From Squalus acanthias (taxonomy: Eukaryota): DNA of 64,000 nt. Below the pieces are notes generated by a model. It worked only from the letters and a program-made list of their open reading frames with translations, searched no databases and was not told the origin of the DNA. The position numbers and the translations under genes are program-made. The DNA is taken from NCBI GenBank assembly GCA_030390025.1, contig CM059432.1:20400001-20464000 (forward strand). The letters are read 5' to 3'. Below, in pieces: positions 10,325 through 23,328 of this stretch; positions within the stretch are counted from its first letter, which is position 1; the number at the start of each line of letters is the position of its first letter.

Positions 10325-10760
10325 ATTTTATATTTGTTCTCGGGACGTGGGAGATGCTTGCCAGTCAGAATTTATTGCCCATCACTAGTCACACAATTTT
10401 AGAATCATCGAATGACGTAGCACAGAAGGAGTCCATTCGGCCCATCGTGTCTGTGCCGGAATGAGGTGGTGGGCCTTCTCCTAGAACTGTTGTAGTCCTT
10501 GTGCTGATGGCACTCCCACAATGCTGTTGGGCAGACAATATTGGCCCAGTGACGATGGAGGAATGGCGATATACATCCAAGTCATAATCGTGTGCGACTT
10601 GGAGGTGGTGGTGTTCCCACGATATTGTGCTCGTCCTTCTCAGTGGTAGAGGACGCGCAAGCGAGAGAATTGCTGCAGTGCATCCTGTGGTTCATACATA
10701 AAGCAGCCAGTGATGGCAAGGGCAGATATTGAGCCTGATGACAGAAGTGCCAATCAATCA
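10325..10760 (-). mobile_element. Degraded Zenon-like CR1 3' fragment with a small nested CR1 tail (~10400-10458)
   Basis: Similar to 2870-3270 (tttattgcccatc, ggaatggcgatatac.tccaagtca, gacttggaggtggtggtgttccca). Other tails of this family are at ~26925-27040, ~27825-27960 and ~41753-41835. Confidence 0.7.
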
Positions 10761-10854
10761 TTAACAGGCATGAGAAGGTTAAGCTGTTAACATTCAGTGC
10801 CAGATCTCACAGCATTGTTTCACTGCAAGATTCCTTTCTAAACAGATAGCAAAA

Positions 10855-11420
10855 GCTACAAGCTGCATTTATATAGCGCCTTTAAGGTAGTAAAACATCC
10901 CAAGGCACTTGGCAGGAGCGTTATCAAACAAAGTTTGACACCGAGCCACATAAGGAGATATCAGGACAGACGACCAAAAGCTCAGTCAAAAGAGGTAGGT
11001 TTTAAGGAGTGTCTTAAAAGGAGGAGGGAGAGGTAAAGCAGGAGAGAGCTAAAGAGCTCGAGAGGTTTAAGGAGGGAATTCCAAAGCTGAGGGTCTTGCC
11101 AGCTGAAGGCACAGCCGCCAATGGTGGAGCGATGAAAAATCAGGGATGTGCACGAGGCCACTGGAGGGGCACAGAGGTCTCAGAGAGTTGTAGGGCTGGA
11201 GGAGGTTACAGAGATAGAGAAGGATGAGGCCATGGAGGAATTTCAAAACAAGGACGAGAATTTTGAAATCGAGGCGTTGCCGGACCAGGAGCTAATTTAA
11301 GTCAGCGAGCACAGGGGCTCATGGGTGAAAAGGGACTTAGTGCGAGCTTTGGATGAGCTCAAGTTTACAGAGGGTGAAAGCCGGGAGGTTGGCCAGGATA
11401 GCATTGGAATATAGAGTTCT
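10855..11420 (-). mobile_element. L2 LINE 3' end
   Basis: Tail tgcatttatatagcgcctttaa.gtagtaaaacatcccaaggcactt; body similar to 57852-58375, which translates LKTYLFDQAF. Confidence 0.8.
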
Positions 11421-13999
11421 TCTGAACTACACATTATTAAACCTAACTGTCTTGTACTCGGTCTAATTTGCTGCATCATACAACTCTATCTGATTTTTAA
11501 AAAATAAGTGTAAATAATTGCTTTAGCTTGTCTAATAATGCATGTAATATTTTCTGTCTATCCAAGTTTGGGAATACAACACAAGTACACGATTAATCTA
11601 GTATAATGGCTAATTTCCAGGTCTATGCACTCTGCAAGGATAGAAGGCAAAAGAAGAGGACAGAATTTCTACTTATTGAACTTGGGTAAAAAGAATCACA
11701 TGGGCAGAGGAGCTGGACAGGGGAGGATCACTTGACCAGAATAGAGCCCACCAGGTTTTTCACCTATTTAAATGAGTGGATGGAACATCGAGGAGGCTCT
11801 GGTATTTGCCTCTTTCCACTTCACCCAGGCAATCCTTTACGCCCAAGCACGAGGGGAAATTCTGGCCCAAAGCGTTCAGATCATAAGGGTCGTAGCCCTT
11901 TGACCTTTTGGCGAATGGTTTTTACTCGTACCTAGAGATTATTTTTTGAATTCATGGTCACTGTCGCTGCACCTCCATTCCCCAGCGAGCGATCTTACTT
12001 TGTTAGACATCTAGGTAAATTCATAGGCAACTCGGCGATCAAACAAAGAAGCCTCTTCACTGTGGCTTACTGATTTTATCATGATCTTCCCTGCCTTCAA
12101 AGGGCAGGAAGATAACAGTACACTAGACTGTGCCTCAGGTTTTAACTGCCAAACAAATTTATTAAACAATAAAGAATAAGGGAATAGTAGCAATGACACA
12201 ACATAGATTTTACAATAGTTGCTCAACTTAACTATCTCCAGCTATGTAGAAAATATCAAAAAGCTCATGACCGCTGTGCTAAACTGTGAAATTTTACATG
12301 GCAGTCCTTTTCGGTTTCTCAAAATGCACAGAAGTTATCTTGACCTAACTATCACTCCAAAGGCTTCAGACACCCTCTCCGATATGAGCCAGTCTGTGCG
12401 GAGTTAGCTGATTGGAGTCATGGTGGCGACAGGATTGGAACTGGCCTCAGTGCTTCTGAACAGGACACACCAGATCACTATCCACTGTACGGTGCTGGAA
12501 AGAGCGTGTGTGCGGGCATTGGGCGAAGCCAGAACCAGGCTCAACTTTGATATCGAATATTCAGGCTCACACGTGAATAATGGCCAACTGGGCAAAGCAC
12601 TGCCACAAAATGAGGCAGCATAGTACTGCAAATACGCAGCTATTGTGCCCACGGAGTTTAAATTAGCTGGAAAGAAGCTCAAACAGTCGATTCTTTGGAA
12701 ATTTATAATTTATGTAAAAATTAAAAACAGAATCACTGGATCTTTTCGCCCCCCCACCCCCTGCCCCATCCCAGAAACACTCAGCTGGTGAACCAGAGTG
12801 CAACTGAACCAGGTGTCTCAGGGGAATACAAAAGACACCCCGTCATATCCAATCAAGGAAATTCAAGATCTGCGTCTAGTGTTTTCTACGCAAAATGCTA
12901 CAAAGAGACAAAGCAAAGAAAATTGTTTGTGCTGCTCTATGAAAATGCACTTATTGCCAGGAAAAAGCGTGTGCTGTTCTTCATGTAATCTGTACTGAAA
13001 AGGGCACTCTGTTATACCTGTAGTTGTATTGTGCTCATAATTCCCAGAAATCAAAAGCCCTTGAGCAATTGCTTCATAAAACGAGCGCATCTCTGCATCA
13101 TTCAGTGGATATCCAGTTGAAATGCTATGAACCAATAGGTCACTGAAGAGAGCATAAATGCTCTTGCACTCCAGTATAATACAGCTCCTGTCCACTGAGA
13201 TTTTGTCATTTCCTCCGTATAACACATGAATTATTTTACCACTGAAGTGTTGTCATGTCTCATTTCTGGTGACAATACTTTTGAAAGTTAGCCAGAAACA
13301 TGAAAAGGTAGAGGGGAGGGGACATAGTTAGAACACTTTCACATGGAAAATTAGATGATGCAATCAGCCAAGTATCAGTCCAGCTTCTACTGGCATTTGC
13401 ACGATGATATTTATCACTGCCAGATTAAATTTATTTTAAGAGCAGGGCTGAAATGTACAGACAGGGTAGAGGGAAGGGGAACAAAAAGCTGAACACAAGT
13501 CCAAGTCCAAGAAAACAAAAATACAAACAGAAAGTCCTGGCAAAAAACACATTTACCTCAATCTTCATTAAGCTTAATTAACTTCACAATTTCAGTAAGC
13601 AGTATGGGAGTGGAAGAGAAATACTGATGAAACTAGGGGAAGATAGGTCACTTTCCTACACAACAACAACTTGTGTTTATACTGAGTCTTTAATATAGTA
13701 TAAACATCCCAAGGCACTTCACAGGAGCATCAGACGACAAACTTGACACCTACACATGGCCTTGAAACTCTGGCTCCATTTGAGAGGTCAAAGCACCTTG
13801 AAGGGCCCAATGTTCTTTTAATGAAAAATTGGGGAATGCATTTTTTCTTCATAATTAAATGAGTTGACAAAATTCAGAAAGCTGCAGCTTTGAAACCCGA
13901 ATTTTCTAAACACATTGTAGTCGGTGAGCCATTAATCATGAAGAAAAATAAGCAATGTGCTATTTTTCAAAGAGGAATCTTGCTCCTTTTTGTTTTTAA

Positions 14000-14265
14000 A
14001 AAAGTTTGCTCTCGGGATGTGAGCGACGCTGGCAAGGCCAGATTTATTGCCTTCGTTACCCTGACTAGGGATAACTTTTACAACCAAGTGACTTGCTAGG
14101 TCGCTTCAAAGGGAATCGAGAGCCAACCACAGTATGGGACTGGGCCAGGTAGGGGACTCCCTTCCCTGAAGGACAAGTGAACCAATTGAGGTTTTACAAC
14201 ATTCCGGCAACTTTCATGATCAACGCCGTAAGTTGCCCGATTTATTGAAGTCAGTTTCACAATTT
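14000..14265 (-). mobile_element. SINE with a Zenon-like LINE 3' tail (second copy at ~35390-35610 +)
   Basis: The Zenon-type tail gggatgtgagcgacgctggcaaggccagatttattgcc is joined to a body shared with 35390-35610 (tgtccttcagggaa, tggttca, gtggttg.ctct). Confidence 0.5.
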
Positions 14266-16137
14266 GAGTCTGGGAGAGAGGTCCACTGGCAAGTTGTGTG
14301 TGAAGCTTCTACACTGGAATTCCATTGATGTGCATCTCACCAAAAAAATACAGGTGAGAGAAGCCCATCTAACATAGAAACCTCAGTGTTGGAGTTCAAG
14401 TGCCCATCAATGGATCCAATCATCACTCCTGTGTTTCTGCCACAAAGACGGTGGTCTGATTTAGCCACTTTCGCGATGCTGCTCCAGTCATAAACCCATA
14501 AAGAAGTTAGACTCTGCTGTAAAATTAGAAATTCATCCATTCAGTGGTCTGTTCAGAGTCTGGAAACAAGACAGGGGTTTCTTTGCTACCTGCCCAGCAT
14601 GGCTGAAATATTCCACTGCTTAGTGTATAAATATACAGAATACTGGAGGCGGCAAATTGGGCAGACACTGGAAGTTGCAGACAGATATGTAGGACTGAAA
14701 TTTTAATTCCTCCACCAGATTTTTCAGGCATTTGTTTGCTCCAGGGCAGATAGCTTGTGATAGCCAAGTCAAGGAGCTAAATATTTGTATCTGAAGCTGG
14801 ATTAGTAAACTTACTGTGTGATGTGGAGGGGGAGGATTACAATATCAGTCAATCTTTCATGACCGAGTTATTGAACATTTGTCCACTGCGTACGTCTTGT
14901 AGGAGTGATCAAGTGGATATCGATCTACATTCAAAAGTATGCGAGAGCAGCTCATTTTCCGTTGTACACACTGTAGAAGCATTTTTACTGTAAACGCTCC
15001 TGTGAAGCGCCTTGGGACGTTTTACTCGGTTAAAGGCGCTACATGAATGCACGTTGTTGTCTTTCATATCATATTCACATGGTACACAACCTTCAACCAC
15101 AGGAGCTGCAAATGTACCCTTCTCGGTAGATCAAGAATGAGAAATATAATGCACTGGATTTAATTTTACAATGAACCAGCAATAACAAAATCTATTTATT
15201 GATAATATTTTTATTAAAATGTGCATGTAATGCTCTATTAAGGATGCATCACAACTCAGGTCGATTTTTCAGTATTCTTTCCCTCGGCGATGAAATTCTA
15301 TTATGAAAATCTACATTTTAATTTGGCACAACACAGTGCATTAATACACCACAGGGTTCATCAGTACTTATCATAGTTTTTCCTTAGTCAGTGATGCCTG
15401 TATGACTGACACACCATCCCACTTGGGCTCACTATTAACCGTCAATAACCGACTGAAATTAGTCAGTAATTAATATGTTTGAACTGAAGCATTTAAAAAA
15501 AATATATATTTTAAGAGTCTAAGATATATATTTGCTAAATGCCAGCAGTGCCAAGGATGGTCACACAGAAGTCAGCTTTCATTCGAATGAAGTGTTTTAC
15601 TTCTGCAAGTAATCAGTTCTCAAGACAATCAGCGCAATCATGATTAGGGCAAACTGTACCCAAGGCATGGCAGTTACCAAGTTAATTAGACCCTGTGCTG
15701 GCAATCAATTGGACTCAGTTGATTTTTTTTTAAAGCAACAGGCTGCTGACAACCGATTTGATAGTTTTAGGTTTCAAGTTTTGTTGTAAATTTTCCTCTC
15801 CTCTTCTGAAGGATGTGCATCTTGCTGGGGCACAATTTCACGGCTGCTTTCAGCCACTAGCAACTTGTTGAAGTGGTCGTTTTTTTAATTTGTGTTCAGA
15901 TTGTAATTATTGGCTGGCCACTAAGCCATGGAGGTGTCACAGTCGAGGCCGATCCTGCTCTCACTTGATAGCGAACAGGAATGAGAACCCCGACTGATTT
16001 TTTTTTCCTCCCTCCATAACTCAGGGTCACCAAGGCCATTTACCTTAGAGTACTGCACCATAATACAAAGAAAGCTTTAGTCTGCCAACCGAACAGCAAC
16101 AATGCATCTAATGTTTCTTTGCAATATGCCCACTTCA

Positions 16138-16305
16138 ATAGAAATCATAGAATGATACAGCACAGAAGGAAGCCATTCGGCCCATTGTGCCTGTGCTGGC
16201 TCTTTGAAAGAGCGATCCAATTAGTCCCACTCCACTGCTCTTTCCCCATAGTCCTGTAATTTTCTCCCCATCAAGTATTTATCCAATTCCCTTTTGAAAG
16301 TTATT
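16138..16305 (-). mobile_element. CR1 3' UTR fragment
   Basis: atagaaatcatagaatgatacagcacagaaggaagccattcggccc..., homologous to 31640-31800 in the opposite orientation. Confidence 0.8.
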
Positions 16306-16814
16306 ACATTAAAATGGTGTTGAGAATATACAGAGTACTGACTGTTAAAAGCTTTTGACAACTAAACTTAAAAACATGTTTATTTCTAGACTGTCAACAG
16401 ATAAATGTTGACCACTTTCCTGTATCAACTTCTAATCTTTCTTGAAACAAAATTTGGGCAGGCTGCTAAACACAGGAATGAACTCTTCATATTGTTTACA
16501 GGATAAAATGTTTTTGTTTTACAGATCACAGGTTTAAAAACAAACACTTGCAGTTAAAATGTTGTAAATTCTCCATGCAATGTTAATAAAGTGATTTTAA
16601 CAGGATTCTCCTTTAAATCTGGGCTGAAGTACAAGACCACACAGCTAACTCAGCCTTTCAGCAGAGACCAAGAGAAAAGAAAGCTCGATGAAGTATCTAC
16701 TTTGTTCACTCAAGATAGTCGTTTTTGTGTTGAAAATGTCGTTACATTTATAACGGTCTTGTTTCTCATTCTGATTATTTCTGGTACACTTTAATATTCA
16801 GCCTATTATCCAAA

Positions 16815-17420
16815 CTGAGGCAGCAGGTTGTGGGTTCAGGTCCCACTCCAGGCGTTTGAAGACATAATCTGGGCCGCCACTCCAGTAGAGTCCTGACGGA
16901 GGGCTACAATGTCGGAGGTGCCGTCTTTCGGAGGAGACGTTAAACCGAGGCCCCATCTTCCCATTCAGGTAGACGGAAACAATCCCATGACACTATTTGA
17001 GTAAGAGTAGGAAAGCTCACCTGGTTTCCAGGCAAACATTTATCCCTCATCCAACACCATTAAGGCAGATTATCTAATCATTTACCTCACTGGTTGTCGT
17101 AAGAATGAGCCTTACGCGTGGTGAACTTAAAGTAAGCTTTAATCAACTAAAAAGGTGCTACATACAAAAGAGGTCTTACTCTATGCCTCTCCAGGATCCA
17201 ACTGATCAGTCCAGTATTTATCCTGGACTAATCACAGGAAGTGATGCAATAAAGTTCGAGTCACAGGAAGCTGTATTGTGTTACCACACTGGTGTCTGCA
17301 CAAATTAGCTGCTGCGTTTACCCAGGACAATGACCAAAATTATTAAGTACTTCACTGACTGAAGCACTTTGTGATGCCCCAAGGACATAAAAGGCACTAC
17401 ATAAATGCAAGCTCTTTCCT
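16815..17420 (+). mobile_element. DeuSINE (SacSINE1-like), degraded, with an internal insertion
   Basis: tRNA-like B box ggttcaggtccc, Deu core ggaggtgccgtctttcggaggagacgttaaaccgagg, and an L2-like tail. Confidence 0.8.
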
Positions 17421-20400
17421 TTCCTTAATTTGCAGTATTGTTAGAAGATAGAGCGAGTGCGCAATAGTATCAGAAAGCTATATATGTTCCCAGTAGAAGG
17501 TAGTATTTAGTTTGTGTTGACAATGTTTTTTCTTTGATGTTACCACTGCGCTCAGTCATATGGCACAGCACGCAGATATACATTTGTGCTGTGCCAAGCT
17601 AATGTGAGTACCATTTTATTGTAGGCGTCACTTTTGTTCTGTCCTCACAGAGGTGGACACATTAGACATATTGAGATGAATGGGTGAGCTGAAGAATATA
17701 CCGCTTTTTAAAAAAAAAATCAATGCCCACTCCATGCAGCAGAACACAAGAGAAATCTTTCACCACAGTGAGAATTTAAAATATAGTCCCCGCTACAGCA
17801 CTACAGGTAATGACCAGATAAATATTTCAGTGTGCATCAGGCAATTCTTTCCCCTTAACAGTTGCCATTATTAATATTGTCAGGATCAATTCAACAGGTC
17901 AGCAGCCCAGTCAAGATAGTTGAAATGGGCATGGAAAATAAAATGTAATTGGATTGACCTGGACCCAATTCAGCATAAAGCGTGCCACTGTGCAGGACGA
18001 TAAGGGCACAGTTGCCCATTAAGAAGCGTCAACCCCCCCCCCCCACCCACCCCCCCCCCCAACCTTTCCTTCAGGCAGAAGAGCAGTGTGATCCTAGCCG
18101 CAGATTTTTCCTACGGCCATCAAAGCTGTAGTGTGAGGAGAGTAGGTCAGGGCACATCCCACCTGTTTTTCTCTGTTCCCTCACAGGAAGAACACAGCAC
18201 TATTAGCTTTAGTGCGGGCATGTTTTTCTGTGTTGCATACATTTTCCTGTGGTCGACATCTGGTGGATCTGAATTCTGTTTTTTTTTAAAGCTGTGCGTG
18301 CAATGCTGGACACCACAGAAACAATTACATTTCAAATAACCCTGAAAACAAAACTCAATGCAAGAGCCTCCACCTGTATATACAGATGAAAATAGAAATT
18401 TACCCATGTGCAATACCAAAAAAAAAATCTTAGCGCCATCGGATCAAAGGGAATGGTAGGGCGGGAAAGGTTGGAGAGTAATCCATTTTTCCATTTGGTT
18501 TCCAGTCTCTGGAAAACCACTGGGAAGGCTCAGATGCTTCAAAACACTCCAACAGAGAGAGCATATCTCAACTTGAGAAGCTAACCATATCCAAATAACA
18601 AGCAATTCTGCCCCGCTAAATGGGCTGCCTAAGACGCTACGCAGCAGCCAGGTTGTAGAATAAGTCACATCTTTACTTTCTTTAAAAAAATGCATGTTGT
18701 ACATTTGATTCTTGGTTTCAGTAATTGATCTGGTTATTTCTTGTAATCAGGCTTTCTAACAATCAAGACTACGATCTCCAACTCCAAATCTTGAAAACAG
18801 ACCATCCAGTTTGAGCAAAGTGAGACTAATTTTTATTGCAAATCTTATAAATTTGTTTTCCATTTTCATTAAATGGAGAGAAACGGACATTTGCTTCAAT
18901 TATTATGTTCCAGACTAAAAAATGTCATAAAGCCTTTTATTTCCTAGCAATGGCTCTGCTGGAAAGTACAGGAGCTCACATCCCCTTACCTTCTACTTCC
19001 AGCCTTTTATTCTGCTGGACTGTGATCTCCTGCAGCCCGATTGCAGGTCCTTCCTGCCCCATTGTTTAGCTTCTTGTCTGCATCAGAAATGTATTGTTGT
19101 GTGTGCGTGGTGCTTTTTCTCTTAATTTCAGTTCGAAGTTTAATTTTCTATCATTAAAGTTGTGGAAAATTCACTTAGGGGAGCTATTCAGAATGAAAGT
19201 TATACTCAGCCTGCAAGGTAATGGAGCAGAAGGCCCAGTAATGGTCTTATCGCCAAGTATGTGAAGATAGGGTGTCTAACATCAAGAAAAAAAAGTAATG
19301 TTATTTCTTTTACCATCTTAATATATCATACTGCAAGGGTAGATATTTTAGAGCTAGCCGAAACGGAGCATTATTCACTCAGATACTTGAAGATAAATCC
19401 CATGTAAAGGCCTTTTGCTAAAATATACCCGTAAAACATTTTTTTCACCAGTGATCTGGTTACCAATTGGTGAAATAAAGCATCCGGAGCCCAAGTGATT
19501 GATTAAGTCCTAAATGTACATTACTGATCCAAACACAAAGTGGTGTGAAAGAATGTGTTTTCTGTGGATGCAATAATACTTTTTGAAAACAAAAACATAA
19601 AACTGTCATACAACAATGAACAGCCACAATTAAAACTATGGAGATCAGTAAAATTGGAGTTCTGTTTGCATGAAATATGCCCTTTCTTCAGTGCCAGTAT
19701 GGGTTTCCAGCAGTAAAATCTATGATCCAGAAGAGCTGACCTTCAACCAAGGTGTGATGTATGGAAATTGAGGAAACAGGATGTTCTTGACAACAGAGCA
19801 GAGCTCACCAGGAGCTGTTCATTCAGCACCACACAAACGACAATTGTATGGACGGCTGCCAGGAGAACTTCAACCCATTTAAATTAATCCCCGATTCCCG
19901 GGAAAACTGCAGCAACTAAATACTATTTAGTTAACTCCTCATAAGAAGAGTATGAGGAGTTGATCGAAAGACTGAGGCCCAGCAGTCAAAAGACCTCTTG
20001 ACATTTGTATGGTCCACTGGAGTTGAAGGTACAAAATTTGGTTTGAAAACTCCTGTTCTAAATTACTGGTATCCTCCCACACGCTCAGCTATGCATCTTA
20101 TTCGCTCCAGAAATAATTGTGTTTCTTTGCTGGCTCACCTTTTGTAATCTATCTTGACATTTTTCTCACTACACAGTTAAATCCTTGGAGCTCCTTTGGG
20201 GCTTTCCCAGTTGCAGCACATGATGTGGGAAGCTGTAGTCAAGCTTAACACCTGAGTTTCTACTCCTATGAAATGCAATATTGCACCCCATAGTTCATTA
20301 AATTCTAATGTTAGTATGCTTCCTTTCCAGCCACAGTTCACTTACGTCTGTCTGGTTCTTCCTTTGTGAATAGGAGCCTACAGTTTTTATACTGTCACCT

Positions 20401-20927
20401 CTAATTTGTTGCTAGGGCTCCAAAAGAATGGTAATAAAGTTACTCTCTCCAATTTTCCAAGGCATCTCCAGTCCCTTGCTGGAGGGACAATAGAAGGTGC
20501 TGGTTTTACCACACACACAACCTCAACAGTTGCGACATATTGAATAGTTGGGACTCAGCTATCAGAAATGTGCAGTTCACCTGCTTTGTCTTAAGTACCT
20601 CTGTATACCAGCCATTCACAGGAATCTATAGAGTGTGAAACTCATATTTATTTAGGTGTAACTATTGGAAACTTCAAAGGATTAAGTGGAGTAATTCCTA
20701 GATTTTTCAGTATTAAATACTGTCCTTCAGATTACAAAATTACAAAAGTTTAGCTTGAGGCATTATTGCACAATTCAGACTAATTCTGTAACCCAAGTAC
20801 AATCCATCAATTCTTAAAGCCACAAGAAAAACGTGCCTTTGGGCAAAATCAGGTTATATATTCAGCCAGAGTGTTCAATGACCACCTGTGAAAGCAGCAA
20901 TACATTAAGATTTCCAGTAAACTCCAA

Positions 20928-21501
20928 AGGGGAGAATTCATTGACCGCGCCAGTCGGAAACATCACCGTTCCCGCTCCCAATTCGGCCAACACCATCTTT
21001 GGAAGGACCTGCCGCTGGGTGGCCGGATTGCCCATCTGATTCAGCCGGTAGAAATCAGGACCCTATGATGCACGGAGGATCCCAATTGCAGCTGTGCGAC
21101 ACAATTGGCCGGAGCAAGCGCCGTGCAGGCTCTGTCCAGTTTCATTGGCAGCCCAGCCGAAGGGAAGTCAAAAAGGTACGTTGCGGGCTATTTTGTGGGG
21201 CCAAGGGCAGCAGGAGTGCTCCTCTGGGCTCCAGACAAATGATATTGGCCGCTGTTGCACCGGGTTCCTCCCACCCGCAACGTACTGGCCCCTCCCCAAA
21301 CCTACCTCGATGCCGGGCCTCCAAGTCGCCTGATATTATGCCGACCTGAAGCCTGTGAGCTGCAGCGGGGCGCCCATCTGGTGCCCGGCAACTGGATTAC
21401 TGAGGCCTGGCCCTCATAATGGACCAGACCCGCCATCGGCACTATCGGCAAGGCAGCGAGCACGCTCCACCGGTCAGCTGCTGAGCATCAATATCTACCC
21501 T
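20928..21501. mobile_element. Probable Harbinger-like non-autonomous element
   Basis: Sharp GC/CpG-rich island with termini gggggagaattc / aatatctaccc, similar in style to the other Harbinger MITEs here. Confidence 0.45.
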
Positions 21502-21639
21502 CAAGGACAGAGCATTTGCACCTGGGAACATGAGCAAACCAAATGGGAAGGCTCATAGACCATTGTACTAGTGCTACGATCAATAACAAAATGGTTTCTG
21601 AACAAAGTAACATGCACGTTTAGCTGCCTCTGCCGCTTC

Positions 21640-22200
21640 CTCTTTCCCCATTTCACACTGAGCCATAACCTCTCACCCTCAAGGCTCAATCTGCCTAGTC
21701 CTGACCCCACATCTCTCTCTAGTTTCTATCCCATCGCCTCTCAAGCGCTCTCCAAACTGATCTCATCCATGCAATTCACCTCCCTTAATCCCATTCCCAC
21801 TACTATCCAACCAACTTCCCTTCCTGGCCTTCCCAAGACAGTTGACATTATAAATAGTTCCCAATCCACAGATACTGTTCTCCCCCACCCCTTTCAAAAC
21901 AGCTGTCATCACCCATCGCCGCCAAAATATGCCGCTGTCGTTACAAACGACCATGCCTTCTTCAATATCGCTTTCCTCTCCAAAGTGTTTTTTTTAAAAC
22001 GTGTTTTCGCTTCCAAATCTACGCCCATTTTTCCTGCAACTCCATGTTTGAATATCTCCTGTCAGGTTTCCACCCCATGCATAGAACCGAAACAGTCCTA
22101 ACCAAAGTCACGAATGAGATTCTCTGTGACTGTGACCGTGGTGCACTATCCCTCTTGGTCCTTTCTGCAGCCTTTGACCACACCATCCTCCTCCAACGCA
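21640..22200 (+). mobile_element. L2 LINE RT fragment
   Basis: SGFHPMHRTETVLTKVTNEILCDCDRGALSLLVLSAAFDHTILLQR corresponds to the L2 'QSGFR..HSTETAL.KV.NDI...D.G..S.LVLLDLSAAFD' motif. Confidence 0.85.
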
Positions 22201-23328
22201 CTTACAGAAAGCCTGTTAAAAAAGTATGCGTTTGTACAGTAGGTTTACATGCTCCAGGAACCGGGTAGATATGGGGGAATGGGAGCAACAAAGCCAGACA
22301 TGAGTGCATCGTTTCTAGGGTCACTCTTATTGTAGTTGGGGACCGATGGTGGTGTACTCTCACTGTCAGCCTGGCATTAATCTATCGCTTCGTCTGCAGA
22401 TGTATATTGTAGGGTTTGTGAGCGGAGAATTATGGCACCATCCTCCAGGAAGAGGATCCACACTGCTAATTCTAACCAGAGGGCGAATGTCATGCGCTGA
22501 GCGGCATGTAACAGATTTCAAAGCATCCACTTACCCTTCCCCCATCAACCCCCTTCAGGAAAAAACAGTTAACAGCAATCACTATAATTTCACCCGACCC
22601 TGCATCTGCAGAGAAAGGGATAACGGTCATTCCAAATCCACAAGAAAGATTTGTAGAGGGAAATATTATAAATGAAATCCGTAGCTTTCATAAATGGAGC
22701 AGTATGGGCCAGAGGAATCTTGGGTTAGTGCCATTAACGTACCAACCCAGTACAGCAGAAATATTTCTGCACACATTCTGCTAAATGTGACCGGTCTGGA
22801 AAATCGTACAATCCGAATGTTGTCTCGGTGCTGCAGCCAGCATAGACTTCAAAATTATATCAGGCAGCAAGGTGTGTGGATTGACTGAAAAACATTGACT
22901 GACTGCTCAACCCATTGCAATCCCACCACTACATGACTTTTAGTGTACAGTAATTCGGACAGTGATATCACACTTAATCCAACATGATTCCTGCAATAAC
23001 TAAATTGAAGATAACGACCGACAATTTACTATTTCATAACAAGTACTTTACATTATAACATTATTTTTCCTTAAGGCCTCATGCAGCGGAGAGAAGGAGA
23101 AATGACTTCCAAAATCAAATGGCGAGATTATCAAACATGCCGTGAAGTGGCAATGCTCTCAGTTTCTTAGAAATTGCATAAAGTAGTAGCAGTGCAGTCC
23201 GTCAACCATGAACTGAAAATACCCAAGTCATCGATCCAGCTGTCAGTCTGAGACCAGCGACACTGATGGAAAATTTCCATTGTGTTTCATCCAAAACAAA
23301 TGACACAACAGAACAGCAATCCCTATTT

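Noticed and set aside
12863..13225. 120-aa minus-strand ORF in unique sequence, with some splice-like sites
   Set aside because: No recognisable domain or motif; an ORF of this length is expected by chance.
19950..19975. tgagga...cgaaa hammerhead-like words
   Set aside because: Lacks the core C of CUGAnGA and a convincing stem II.
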